From Planctomycetota bacterium (GTDB taxonomy: Bacteria > Planctomycetota > UBA8108 > SXIK01), in assembly GCA_965223845.1 (NCBI GenBank), contig CBDCXR010000004.1, forward strand, positions 6,240,001-6,304,000: DNA of 64,000 nucleotides, given 5' to 3'. The notes beneath the pieces were generated by a model. The model saw nothing but the letters and a program-made list of their open reading frames with translations, had not been told where the DNA came from and made no database searches. Shown here one piece after another: positions 22,764 to 32,859 of the stretch. Each line of letters starts with the position of its first letter. The first letter of the stretch is position 1. The position numbers were made by a program, and so were the translations under genes.

Positions 22764-23299
22764 CGGCGATTCGCGCGCGGGTTATCGGCCTCGATGGCGG
22801 GCCGGTTCTTCAGTTGACTCGGGGAGAAAAGGGTTCACACTGACCACTCTGTCGCGGTTTCAGGACGGCTGCGAGAGAGAAGCCGGCGGTCGCCGGCCCA
22901 GGAGCTCGAGTCGCCCGCGGTCCACTTTTGGGATGCCTCGTTCTTCGGCTCGAACCGGTTTTTTCGGACCGGCTCCTACCACGACGTGAATCGTCCGGAA
23001 GCCCGAAGTGGAGTGTTCAGAGGAGTCATCGACGAGCGGCGCGTGAGGGCCGTTCGTTCGTTCCATCGGGCCCGGGGGATGATCGATCGGACGCGAAGGC
23101 CGCGTCTCGGCGCTCGCGTTTCTCTCGCGAGCGAACCCGGGGTCGTCCCGCCGCGCGTGTTCCCCGTCCGGGCGAGGCCGGGTGATCGTTCAGACCCTTG
23201 CAGCCGCCCTGCAGCGAGCGAGGGCCGACGCGGGTCGGTCCCCCGACGGTCGGGACCGAGCTTCGCCTCGGCGCCGCGACTCCGACGCGACGAAGCCGC

Positions 23300-24985
23300 A
23301 TGATGAGATTACCGAAGTCGGCCGCCGCCCTGTCCGCCGCGGCGATGCTCTTCTGGGTTTCCACGGCGGTAGCGCAGCCGAGTGCCGAGCCTCCGACGGG
23401 GGAGGTCTCCGCGCAGCCGGCGCCGCCCACCGGGGAGGACGAGGGCGAGGAGCCGGAGCCGCTCACGACTCGCATCGAGAACGGGATCACGGACGGTGGG
23501 ACCGAGCTCTCGCTCTCGCTCGAAGACGCCATCCGAATGGCGGTCGAGAACAATCTCAACGTGCGCATCGCGCGGCTGGATGACGCGATCCGCCAGCGGG
23601 ACGTCGTCTTCGCGCGGTCGGCCTTCGATCCGTTCTTCAACGTCTCCGCGACGTACGCGAAGAATCGCGACCCGACGGTGAGCTTCCTCGACGTCGGTAC
23701 CGGCGCCCAGGGCGTTACGGTCAACCCGTCCGAGATCACGACGTACTCGACCGGCGTCTCCGGGCTCTTCGTTCTCGGAACTTCCTACGACTTCCGCGTC
23801 GAGCAGAACGAGTTCGACCGGCCGGCGGCGGCGAGCGGAGGAATCACCGTCCTCAACCCGGTGACCCGCACCCAAGCGGTCGCCGACCTCCGCCAGCCGC
23901 TCCTTCGCGGCGCGTGGTACGCGGTCAACTCCGCCGACCTCCGCATCGCGCTCAACCAGCTCGATTGGTCGAGGGAGGCCTTCGAGCTCGTCGTGATCGA
24001 CACCGTCTACCAGGTGGAGGCGGCCTACTGGGACCTCGTCTTCGCCGTTCAGAACTACCGTTCGATCGGGAAGAGCCTCGAGGTCGATCTGGAGAATCTC
24101 GAAAACGCCCGCAAGCGGCTGGAGGTCGGCAAGTACTCGCCGAACGACGTCACCGTCGCCGAGGCGCAGTGGGTCCTCCGCAAAGTAACCCGCGAGCAGG
24201 CCGTCCTCGAACTCCTCGTGGCTCGCGACCGACTGCTCGATCTCGTCAACTACTCCGGCGAGCGATCGCTCGTCGAAGGGTGGCGGGCCGGAGGTGGCAA
24301 GGGATCGTACGATGACGTCGAGATCATCCTCGAGACCCCGCCCGACTCGGAGCTGCCCGACCTCGATATCGACACGGCTCTCGCGAACGCGATGAAGCAC
24401 CGCGCGGATTACCGGCAGGTTCTCGTCGAGCTCCGAAACCAGAAGATCCGCGTCGAGGTCGCGCGGAACAATCTTCTTCCGCAGCTCGATCTCCTCGGCC
24501 GCTGGACGCAGCTCGGACTCGACGACACCTATCACGAGTCCTACTCGAGCGTCGGCGACGGAGATTTCTACGACTGGTTCGTCGGCGTGGAGCTCTCGGT
24601 TCCGCTGTCCAACCGCGGACCGCGAAGCCGTTACCGAAACGCCCGCGAGGAGCACCGCAAGCTCGCGCTCCAGAAACACAGCCTTGAGAACCAAGTCGCG
24701 CTCGAGGTGGCGGCGGCGGTGCGCGAGATCGAGAATCTCCGGCGGCGAGTCGTCGACCGCGCCCGGCACGTCGAGCTTCAAACCCAGCTCGTCGTGGACG
24801 AGCGAAACAAGCTCGAGGCCGGTCGAACCATCGCGTACACGGTGAGCATCATCGAGAACGATCTCGTCACGGCCGAGACGGATGCCCTGCGCGCGCAGGC
24901 GGATCTTCAGAAGGCCAAGGCGGAGTACTACCGCGCCACCGGCACGCTGCTCCAGGAGCGGCGGATCTGGGTGGGGGAGCCGTAG
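23300..24985 (+). CDS. TolC-family outer membrane protein
   Basis: Signal peptide; LSLEDAIRMAVENN, LRQPLLRG, VEAAYWDL, LLPQLDL and GVELSVPL. Confidence 0.9.
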   Translation: MMRLPKSAAALSAAAMLFWVSTAVAQPSAEPPTGEVSAQPAPPTGEDEGEEPEPLTTRIENGITDGGTELSLSLEDAIRMAVENNLNVRIARLDDAIRQRDVVFARSAFDPFFNVSATYAKNRDPTVSFLDVGTGAQGVTVNPSEITTYSTGVSGLFVLGTSYDFRVEQNEFDRPAAASGGITVLNPVTRTQAVADLRQPLLRGAWYAVNSADLRIALNQLDWSREAFELVVIDTVYQVEAAYWDLVFAVQNYRSIGKSLEVDLENLENARKRLEVGKYSPNDVTVAEAQWVLRKVTREQAVLELLVARDRLLDLVNYSGERSLVEGWRAGGGKGSYDDVEIILETPPDSELPDLDIDTALANAMKHRADYRQVLVELRNQKIRVEVARNNLLPQLDLLGRWTQLGLDDTYHESYSSVGDGDFYDWFVGVELSVPLSNRGPRSRYRNAREEHRKLALQKHSLENQVALEVAAAVREIENLRRRVVDRARHVELQTQLVVDERNKLEAGRTIAYTVSIIENDLVTAETDALRAQADLQKAKAEYYRATGTLLQERRIWVGEP

Positions 24986-25010
24986 CGCCGGTCGATCGCG
25001 CTCGAACGCC

Positions 25011-27461
25011 CTAACGCGCTTTCAGCTCGACCTCGAGTGTGACGCGCTCCTCGCCGCGGAGAACGGTGATCTCCACCTTGTCGCCGGGCTTGTGCTCCCG
25101 CAAGAAACCCGTCCAGTGCTGGACGTTTTCCACTTCCTTGCCGCCCCACTCGACGAGGACGTCCCCGGCCTTCACGCCGGCCGCCGCCGCCGCCGATCCG
25201 TCCCGAATGTCCTCGAAACGAACCCCTCGCGACTCGAAGGCGTAGTCCGGTACCGAGCCGAACGACACGCCGAACCCGCGCCGGGCGGGAAACTTCGCCG
25301 TCAGCGAGACGCTCTCGTCCCCCCGGGTGACCTCGATCTCGATCTCGCTCCCGGCTTCGACGGCGCGCACCGCGCGGACGAGATCGGCGACCGAGCGGAC
25401 CGTCGTCTTCCCGAAGCGGTGGACGAGATCCCCCGCGCGGACGCCCGCTTTCTCGGCGACGGAATCGGTGACGACTTCGCGGACGAGGGCGCCGCGGCGA
25501 GCGTCGGCCGGCTGGAGGAGGACGCCGAGCTGCGGCCGATTGGAGCCCGAGGATGCGACCTGCGAGTGCGGGTTGAACACCGGGGCGGTGGGGGATGCGG
25601 CCAAGTTCTCCACCGTTGCGCGCACGAGATCCACGATCTTGGTGAGGCCATCGAGATTGAGCGTCTCGAGGTCGTCCGTCGGACGATTGTAGTCGCGGTG
25701 CATCCCGGTGAAGAAGAAGAGCACGGGAATCTGCTCCGAGAGAAAAGGCGCGTGGTCCGAGCCGCCCCCGCCGGGTCCGCGCGCCGGCCGGGCCTCGATG
25801 CCCCCGACCGCTGCGGTGGCCTTGGCGAGGAGACCATCGAAGGCGGGCGAGCTGTCGGCGCCGATCACGCTCACGCCCACTGGGTCCGAGCCCTTGGCTC
25901 GGCCGATCATGTCGAGATTCACCATGGCCTTCACCTGGTGGAGCGGCGCGGGGCCGGCGGCGAGCTCGAGAGATTCGAGCGGGAGCCAACCGGAGCGCCC
26001 GGCGCTCGGCGCTTCGACCTCGAGCGAGCCGTGGGCGGGGCTCCGTGTCGCGACGACCGTCGTCCCGGCGGAGAGCTCGACGCCCTCCTCCGCACCCGGG
26101 TGAGCGACGAGCTTCGCCGCCGAACGGAGGCGATAGCGCCGGGGCGAACGAACCCAGTGACGGCTTCCGAGGAGACCGATCTCCTCGCCGGAGAAGCAGA
26201 GAAAGAGCACGGATCGCCGCTCCTCGGCGCTCGCTCCGTCCGCCGCCGCGCCCGCGAGGACGCGCGCGACCTCGAGGATGCCGGCGGTCCCGCTCGCGTT
26301 GTCGTCGGCGCCATTGTGGATCGCACCGAAGTTCGATCGCTGCACTTGGTTTCCGAACCGCCCGATGTGGTCGTAGTGCCCCCCGACGACGATCGTCTCG
26401 TCGGCGAGCTTGCCCGCGCCGGGTAGACGCGCCGCGACGTTTCGAAGGACGCGGTGGGCGGGGCGCGTTCCGAAGCGAAGCCGCACCCCGTCGAGCACGA
26501 AGCTGTTCGGCTTGGCCGAGGAGTCGATTCCCGCGACGACCGCCCCGAGGTCGTGCCCGCGCCCGCGAAAGAGTTCCGCGGCGACCTCGAAGGGGACGAG
26601 GATCGACGGCACGGTCGGGTGTCGTGGCGAGGCTCGACGGACGAATCCCTGGAGGTTCTGCACGCTATCGACTTCGCGTCCGGCGGAATCGTGGCCCGGC
26701 GGAGTCACGAAGACGACCCCGGCCGCCCCGCGCTGCCGCGCCGCCGCGAGTTTCGCGACGAACGGCGCGTGCGGACTGCGATTCCCGCCAAACTTCTCTC
26801 CGGGCGGAACGAAACGAAGAACGACGAGGATCTTTCCGGCGACGTCGAGCCCCGCGAAATCGTCGTACTCGCCGCCGTCGAGGCTCACGCCGTACCCGGC
26901 GAAGGCGAGCGGCGCGTCGACACTCGCGGATTCCCCGAACGCGATCGGGAACGCGTCCACCCACGCTTCCCAGGTGGTCTCGTCCTCCGTCTCGAAGTCG
27001 ATCGCGACGCCGCGTCCGTCCGCGAACTCCGTCCCGTAGGGCGCAGTGAAGTAGTCGAAGTAGCTGCCGCGATCGCCGGCCGGCTCGAGACCGTAGGAGC
27101 GAAAGGTCTCGGCGAGATACTCCGCCGCGATCTCGAGCCCCGGTTCGCCGCTGTCGCGACCCGCGAGGAGATCGGCGGCGAGAAACTCGACGTGACGAGC
27201 GAGCTCGGCTCGCGCTACGGCCGGCGGGGGAGCGGGGGATGGCTCGTCGTCGGCGAACGAGCGAGGGCTCGGGAGCGAGAGGAGCGAGCCGAGGGCAACG
27301 GCGACCGCGCACCGGCGCGAGACTGAAGCGCACGATGAGGGTGAGCGAATGACATCGCGGCGAGACGAGACGATCGATCGGTACACGTTGAATCCTCGCG
27401 AGGGAGCGGTGGGGATCGCCGCCGCGGGGCGGGGCGATTCCGCGGTACTTTGGCGGTACAT
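25011..27461 (-). CDS. M28-family peptidase with a PA domain and two C-terminal PDZ domains
   Basis: GHYDH, NGADDNASG, GEEIGLLGS, NLDMIGR, SDH and HRDYNRPTD motifs; PA domain (FAGYG...DVAGKI); two PDZ domains. Start uncertain. Confidence 0.93.
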   Translation of the reverse strand: MYRQSTAESPRPAAAIPTAPSRGFNVYRSIVSSRRDVIRSPSSCASVSRRCAVAVALGSLLSLPSPRSFADDEPSPAPPPAVARAELARHVEFLAADLLAGRDSGEPGLEIAAEYLAETFRSYGLEPAGDRGSYFDYFTAPYGTEFADGRGVAIDFETEDETTWEAWVDAFPIAFGESASVDAPLAFAGYGVSLDGGEYDDFAGLDVAGKILVVLRFVPPGEKFGGNRSPHAPFVAKLAAARQRGAAGVVFVTPPGHDSAGREVDSVQNLQGFVRRASPRHPTVPSILVPFEVAAELFRGRGHDLGAVVAGIDSSAKPNSFVLDGVRLRFGTRPAHRVLRNVAARLPGAGKLADETIVVGGHYDHIGRFGNQVQRSNFGAIHNGADDNASGTAGILEVARVLAGAAADGASAEERRSVLFLCFSGEEIGLLGSRHWVRSPRRYRLRSAAKLVAHPGAEEGVELSAGTTVVATRSPAHGSLEVEAPSAGRSGWLPLESLELAAGPAPLHQVKAMVNLDMIGRAKGSDPVGVSVIGADSSPAFDGLLAKATAAVGGIEARPARGPGGGGSDHAPFLSEQIPVLFFFTGMHRDYNRPTDDLETLNLDGLTKIVDLVRATVENLAASPTAPVFNPHSQVASSGSNRPQLGVLLQPADARRGALVREVVTDSVAEKAGVRAGDLVHRFGKTTVRSVADLVRAVRAVEAGSEIEIEVTRGDESVSLTAKFPARRGFGVSFGSVPDYAFESRGVRFEDIRDGSAAAAAGVKAGDVLVEWGGKEVENVQHWTGFLREHKPGDKVEITVLRGEERVTLEVELKAR

Positions 27462-27732
27462 TCCGAGGGGAAGATTTCAGTCGAACTCGGCGCGCGAATC
27501 GAAACTCCTCGCCGCGGTCCGAGCTCCTCGACAGATTGTAGTCGAGCGGTTCGGCCGGCGCTTCGAATCTAGTCTCTTCGAGAAGCGCGGTGCTCGTCTT
27601 GAGAGACCGCGCCGCGGGCGGCGGTCGGCGCGCCCGACGGGCCGGAAACTCTCGCCGATCGGAGCTCGCGGAAGCACCTCCCTGTATGATGCCATCGCTC
27701 GAAGCTGCCGCTATTCTTCGGCTGTCCGCCGC

Positions 27733-28737
27733 GTGGATGCCGACCCTTCCTCTTCCCCGAATCGCCCTGTGACCGTCGTTGCCGTCCACAATCCGAGCTC
27801 TCGGCGGGGACGCGAGGTCGCCGAGCGATTCCGCCGCCGCGCGGGCGAGCTGGAGGTCGAAGTCCAGTGGATCGAGATCGCCGCGCTCGCCAGCGCCTCT
27901 CCGCCGGCCGAGCGGGTGGTCGCCATCGGGGGAGACGGAACGGTCAACGCGGCCTGCGATTGGCTGCGGCGAACGGGCGGGGCGGGGCCGGTCGCGATCG
28001 TGCCGGCCGGCACGGGGAACAACCTCGCCCGCGGTCTCGCGATCCCGCTCGAGGTTGATGCCGCCTTCGACGTCGCGCTCACGAGCGCTGCGACGGCGCC
28101 GATCGATGCGATTCTCTACCGCCTCGCCGCGACCGGGGAAGAACGCATCGCGATTCAGATCACGGCTCTCGGGTTTCCGGCGGAGGTCGCCGAGCGGTAC
28201 GACGAGCTGCGCGCGCGCCCGTGGTTTCGTCGGCTCGCCGCGCCGCTCGGTCCCTACGTCTACCGCTTGCTCGCGCTCGGCGCGATCCGGCGGCAACGCC
28301 GGCGCGAGCGCGCAGGCGAGCTCGCGCGCGTCACGGCGACGTTTCCCGAGGGGTCGTTCGAGGGGACGGCCGCGGCGGTGTTCGCGGGAAACGAGTGCTC
28401 GCTCGGGGGCAATTTCATCCCTTGCCCTCGCGCGAGGCTCGACGACGGCCGACTCGACCTCTGCATCCTCCGCTCGGGCACCGAAGTGGGATACTTGAAG
28501 CTGTTCGGTGCGGTCGCGAAGGGCGAGCACCTCCGCTACAAGGACGCCGTCTTCTACGCCCAGAGCACCGGACCGGTGACGATCGCGACCGACCGCGCGG
28601 GACCGCTCCTCAGTGACGGCGATCTCTGGCTCCGCGGCGATGCGTTCGAACTCGAAGTTCTCCCGCGCGCGTTCGCGATCGTCGTACCTCCGGTCGCGAA
28701 GGAGCCGACGACCGGGACATCTCGAGCGGAGAATTGA
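27733..28737 (+). CDS. Diacylglycerol/lipid kinase family protein (DagK/YegS-like)
   Basis: HNPSS, GGDGTVN, PAGTGNNLAR, ARLDDGRLD and SDGD motifs. Start inferred. Confidence 0.9.
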   Translation: MDADPSSSPNRPVTVVAVHNPSSRRGREVAERFRRRAGELEVEVQWIEIAALASASPPAERVVAIGGDGTVNAACDWLRRTGGAGPVAIVPAGTGNNLARGLAIPLEVDAAFDVALTSAATAPIDAILYRLAATGEERIAIQITALGFPAEVAERYDELRARPWFRRLAAPLGPYVYRLLALGAIRRQRRRERAGELARVTATFPEGSFEGTAAAVFAGNECSLGGNFIPCPRARLDDGRLDLCILRSGTEVGYLKLFGAVAKGEHLRYKDAVFYAQSTGPVTIATDRAGPLLSDGDLWLRGDAFELEVLPRAFAIVVPPVAKEPTTGTSRAEN

Positions 28738-28837
28738 ACGGCGGTCGCGCGCAGGTCGGCAGACGGCGTTTCGGGTACAATTCCCCCGCGCTGGAGCCAC
28801 GCGATTCATTCTCTTCGTTCGATTCTGCGGAGCGATC

Positions 28838-29371
28838 GTGACCGATCTTCCCGTTCCCCGAGAGCTGACCGCCGACGAGCGCCGTCTCGTCGAGGCAGCG
28901 CGAGAGAAGGCTCGCGTTCTCTACGAGGGCCGCCGCGTCCCGCACCGGAGCTGCGGCATCGCGCTCGCCGAAACCTTCAATCTCCCGGCGAGTCCCTACC
29001 AATCGCTCCGCCGCGGAGGAATCACGGGCGCGGGTGAATGCGGGGCGATCAAGGCGGGGGAGCTCGTCCTCGGCGAGTACTTCGGCGATCCGGATCCCGC
29101 CGGTCCCGTGACGCCATCTCTCCGCGCCGCCGCTTCCCACTACCGTTCGCTCTGGGAGAGCGGACTCGACCGGGGGCCGGGCGGAGCAAAGGGCAGCATC
29201 GTTTGTAACGACCTCACCGCGCCGCACGGCGAATTCACCGGCTCGGCGCGTCAGTCGTTTTGCACGTCGCTCGCCGCCGGAGTGGCCGCGGCGGTCGCCG
29301 AGACTCTCCTCGCGTTCGGCGCGGAGTTCGACGTGACACCGATCCCGGAGCTCGCCGACGAACCCGGGTGA
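28838..29371 (+). CDS. C_GCAxxG_C_C family putative redox protein
   Basis: SCG...GGITGAGECGAIKAG...IVCNDL...FC cysteine pattern. Confidence 0.85.
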   Translation: MTDLPVPRELTADERRLVEAAREKARVLYEGRRVPHRSCGIALAETFNLPASPYQSLRRGGITGAGECGAIKAGELVLGEYFGDPDPAGPVTPSLRAAASHYRSLWESGLDRGPGGAKGSIVCNDLTAPHGEFTGSARQSFCTSLAAGVAAAVAETLLAFGAEFDVTPIPELADEPG

Positions 29372-29497
29372 TCGATTCCTGCGCCGACCGAGGACCGCCG
29401 AGCCCCGCGTACCGCTTCCGCCGCGGCCCGCCCCTTCCCGACCTCTTTCAACGAAAGATCCGAGCATGAGCGTCTCGACGATGCAGCGGCGACGGCC

Positions 29498-30742
29498 ATG
29501 AACATTCGTGCGAACTCCCGCGAAGCGAACGGAATGCGCGCGGCGGCCGTCGTCAGCACTGAAGCGGACACGCTCGCCGCCGGAGTCGAGGTTGCGAGTG
29601 CGATCCGTGCGGCCTTCCCTTCCGCGCCGATCGATCTCGCCTGCCTCTTCATCACGCCTCAGCATGCGCGTCGTCTCGAGGAGGTCGTCGCCGCGATTCA
29701 CCGCGATGTCGCTCCCCGCCACCTCATCGGCTGCACCGCCGAGAGCGTCGTCGCCGGCGAGCGGGAGTTCGAGCAGTGCGCGGCGATCTCTCTCTGGGCC
29801 GCGAGTTTTCCGCCGGGTGCCGTCGTCGAGACCGCGCACGTTCGTGCGGAGGAGACGCCGGACGGCCTCGCGTTCGTCGGCCTTCCGAGCTTGGACCCTC
29901 CCGACCGGTCGGCGCTCCTCCTCTTCGGCGAGCCGTTTTCGTTTCGCATCGATGAATGGCTCCGGCGCTTCGGGGAAGACCACGCCGGCGTGCCCGTCTT
30001 CGGCGGGATGGCCAGCGGATCGCGGCGACCCGGCGAGAACCGCCTCTTCCTCGGCGGTCGAGTGGCCGTCCACGGTGCCGTCGTCGCCAAGCTCGGAGGA
30101 ACCGTGTCGGTGCGAGGGGTGGTCTCGCAAGGTTGCCGCCCGTTCGGCGAAAAGTTCGTCGTCACACGCGCGGACGGATCCCTCGTCTTCGAGATCGGAG
30201 GCGTCCCGGCGCTCGAGCGGCTGAAGGAGCAAGCCTCGCGCCTCTCGCCGACGGAGCTCGACCGACTGAGCGGCGGCGTTCACCTCGGCATCGCGATCGA
30301 CCCGAGAAAGTCGCGGCCGACGCGGGGCGACTTCCTCGTCCGCAACATCGTCGGCTGGGATGACGAGCGAGGCCTCATCGCGGTAGCGGACGCCGTGCGG
30401 CCGGGAGCGACCGTTCAGTTTCACTTGCGCGACGCCGAGGCGGCATCCGAAGATCTCGCCGATCTCCTCGACGTCGCCTCGACGGGTGGCGACCCCGTCG
30501 GGGGCCTGCTCTTCAGCTGCAACGGTCGCGGATCCCGGCTCTTCGACGCCCCGGATCACGATGCCGGTCATGTGAGCCGGCGCTTCGATGCGCTCCCGCT
30601 CGGCGGTTTTTTCGCGGCGGGCGAGCTCGGTCCGATCGCGGGGCGGAACTTTCTTCATGGCTTTACGGCGAGTGCGGCGCTCTTCGAGCCGTTGGTCGCG
30701 CCGACGTCATCGCCGAAACCCCCCGGAACTTCGAACGAATGA
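29498..30742 (+). CDS. FIST (NosP-like) domain protein
   Basis: LIGCT, PVFGGMASG, VSQGCRP, VQFHLRD, LFSCNGRG, GFFAAGELGP and HGFTAS. Confidence 0.92.
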   Translation: MNIRANSREANGMRAAAVVSTEADTLAAGVEVASAIRAAFPSAPIDLACLFITPQHARRLEEVVAAIHRDVAPRHLIGCTAESVVAGEREFEQCAAISLWAASFPPGAVVETAHVRAEETPDGLAFVGLPSLDPPDRSALLLFGEPFSFRIDEWLRRFGEDHAGVPVFGGMASGSRRPGENRLFLGGRVAVHGAVVAKLGGTVSVRGVVSQGCRPFGEKFVVTRADGSLVFEIGGVPALERLKEQASRLSPTELDRLSGGVHLGIAIDPRKSRPTRGDFLVRNIVGWDDERGLIAVADAVRPGATVQFHLRDAEAASEDLADLLDVASTGGDPVGGLLFSCNGRGSRLFDAPDHDAGHVSRRFDALPLGGFFAAGELGPIAGRNFLHGFTASAALFEPLVAPTSSPKPPGTSNE

Positions 30743-31920
30743 ATCACCTCGAACCACGCGGTCGGCTTCTTCTCGGGCCCGGACCGTCCTCCGTTCACCC
30801 GCGAGTCTCCGAAGCGCTCGCCAAGCCGCTCGTCGGGCACCTCGACCCGCAGTTTCTCGCGATCATGAACGAGACGCAGGCGCTGCTTCGCCAGACGTTT
30901 CGGACCGAAAATCGGCTGACGATTTCGGTCTCCGGGACGGGAAGCGCCGGCATGGAGGCTGCCTTCGTCAATCTCGTCGAGCCGGGGGACACCGTGCTCG
31001 TCTGCGTCAACGGCGTTTTCGGAAACCGGATGAGCGACATCGTCGAGCGGATCGGCGGTCGGCTCGAACGGATCGATCGTCCGTGGGGTGAGGTGTTCGA
31101 TCCCGCCGAGGTCGAGAGCGCGCTCGAACGAAATCCGTCGATTAGCGTAGTTGCTATCGTCCACGCAGAAACCTCTACGGGTGCACATCAACCCCTCGAA
31201 GCCATCGCGACTCTCTGTCGCGAGCGCGGCGTGCTCCTTCTCGTCGACGCGGTGACGTCGCTCGGAGGAGAAGAGCTCGACATCGACGGGTGGGGGATCG
31301 ACGTCTGTTACAGTGGCACGCAGAAGTGCCTCAGTTGTCCGCCGGGGCTGGCGCCCGTGACGTTCGGGCCGCGCGCCGAGGAGAAGCTCGCGGCGCGGAA
31401 GTCGAAGGTCGTGAGCTGGTATCTCGACTTGACGATGATCCAGAAGTACTGGACGGACGGCGAGCGCGTCTACCACCACACCGCACCGATCGCGATGAAC
31501 TACGGGCTCCACGCGGCGCTTCAGCTCGTCGCGGAGGAAGGGCTCGACGCGCGGATCGCTCGACATCGCCGCAATAGCGCCGCTCTCCTGAGCGGGCTCA
31601 CCGCGCTCGGTTTTCGCATGTTCGCGGCGGAGGGATATCGGCTGCCGATGCTGAATTCGGTTTGGCTCCCCGAGGGCGTCGAGGATGCGCCTACGCGAAA
31701 GCGGCTTCTCGAGACGCACAATATCGAGGTCGGCGCCGGCCTCGGGGATCTCGCCGGGAAGATCTGGCGCATCGGGCTCATGGGTGAGTCGAGCCGGCGC
31801 GAACACGTGCTTCGATTCCTCGCTGCGCTCGAGAGCGAGCTCTACGAGGCGGGGCACTCGGACCGAGTGGGCGCGGGGATCGAGGCGGCGGTGGCGTCGT
31901 ATCGTAGCGCCGGGAATTGA
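30739..31920 (+). CDS. Alanine-glyoxylate/serine-pyruvate aminotransferase (class V PLP enzyme)
   Basis: LLGPGPS, VHAETSTG, VDAVTSLGG, SGTQKCLS (PLP lysine), YHHTAP and WRIGLMG. Confidence 0.93.
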   Translation: MNHLEPRGRLLLGPGPSSVHPRVSEALAKPLVGHLDPQFLAIMNETQALLRQTFRTENRLTISVSGTGSAGMEAAFVNLVEPGDTVLVCVNGVFGNRMSDIVERIGGRLERIDRPWGEVFDPAEVESALERNPSISVVAIVHAETSTGAHQPLEAIATLCRERGVLLLVDAVTSLGGEELDIDGWGIDVCYSGTQKCLSCPPGLAPVTFGPRAEEKLAARKSKVVSWYLDLTMIQKYWTDGERVYHHTAPIAMNYGLHAALQLVAEEGLDARIARHRRNSAALLSGLTALGFRMFAAEGYRLPMLNSVWLPEGVEDAPTRKRLLETHNIEVGAGLGDLAGKIWRIGLMGESSRREHVLRFLAALESELYEAGHSDRVGAGIEAAVASYRSAGN

Positions 31921-32047
31921 ATCGATTCTGGTGAGGGACGGCGGGGCGGGCGTAGACTCTAAGCGATGTCCGCCGGAGCTCCGCCGACACTCGGATCGGA
32001 CTTCCTCCGGCGAGCTCGAGTTACGCGATCTTCCGGAAAGGAATTCC

Positions 32048-32773
32048 ATGACGACGATCGAGACGAGACCCGCGCGGTGGCTCACCGCGGCCCTCGCGAT
32101 CGCGCTCGCCGCTCCCGCGGCGTGGGCGGGCGACGAGAAGGAGGGTAAGGCGAAGGGAAAAGACAAAACGAAGACCGCCGCGACCGTCCACGGCTTCAAA
32201 GTGAAGACGATCGACGGGAAGAAGTTCGATCTGCGGACGCTCAAGGGTCGCGTCCTCATGCTCGTCAACGTCGCGAGCCGGTGAGGCCTCACGGACAAGC
32301 AGTACTCGAGTCTCGAGTCGCTCCACCGCAAGTACAAAGATCGTGGCCTCGATGTCCTCGCCTTCCCCGCCAACAACTTCGGCGGGCAGGAGCCGGGAAC
32401 GAACCTCCAGATCAGGGAGTTCTGCGCGAAGAAGAACGTTTCCTTCCGTCTCTTCGAGAAGATCTCCGTGAAGGGCGAGGACGCGCATCCGCTCTATAGG
32501 TTCATCACCAACGAGAAGATGCACCCGAAGACGGGCGGCGACGTGAGGTGGAACTTTCAAAAGTTCCTCGTCGGTGCGGACGGTAAGGTCCTCGCTCGCT
32601 TCGAGCCGCGTGAAGATCCCCTCGGCGAGAAAGTGCTCGCGAAGCTCGAGGACGCGCTGAAGAGCGTTCCGGAAGAGAAGCGCCCGGCCGACAGCGTTAA
32701 GCCCAAGAAAGCCGAGGGAAAGGACAAGAAGAAGGCGGAGAAGGAGAAGACGGCCGGCGGGAAGAAGGACTAG
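32048..32773 (+). CDS. gpx: Secreted glutathione peroxidase with selenocysteine (in-frame TGA at 32282-32284)
   Basis: The frame reads ...LVNVASR-TGA-GLTDKQY...LAFPANNFGGQEPG...HPLY...WNFQKFL. The TGA occupies the catalytic position of the GPx NVASxC/UGxT motif, and the frame stays open to TAG at 32773. Confidence 0.93.
32298..32322 (+). promoter_or_regulatory. Candidate bacterial SECIS hairpin
   Basis: ACTCG-AGTCT-CGAGT stem-loop at 32304-32318, loop starting 24 nt after the UGA, with additional AGC/GCT lower pairing. Confidence 0.65.
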
Positions 32774-32790
32774 ACCGAGGGAGATCGGTC

Positions 32791-32836
32791 CCGGGGGCGA
32801 GCGGTGCTGCGAAGGCACGGTTCGCCCCCGGTTTTT
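32791..32836 (+). terminator. Intrinsic terminator after gpx
   Basis: CCGGGGGCGAGC...GTTCGCCCCCGG stem followed by TTTTT. Confidence 0.8.
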
Positions 32837-32859
32837 CGTTCAAGAGTGGAGCCGGATCG

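Noticed and set aside
32282-32284. gpx as a nonsense pseudogene or two separate genes
   Set aside because: The stop sits exactly at the catalytic residue, both halves are in frame and intact, and a SECIS-like hairpin follows.
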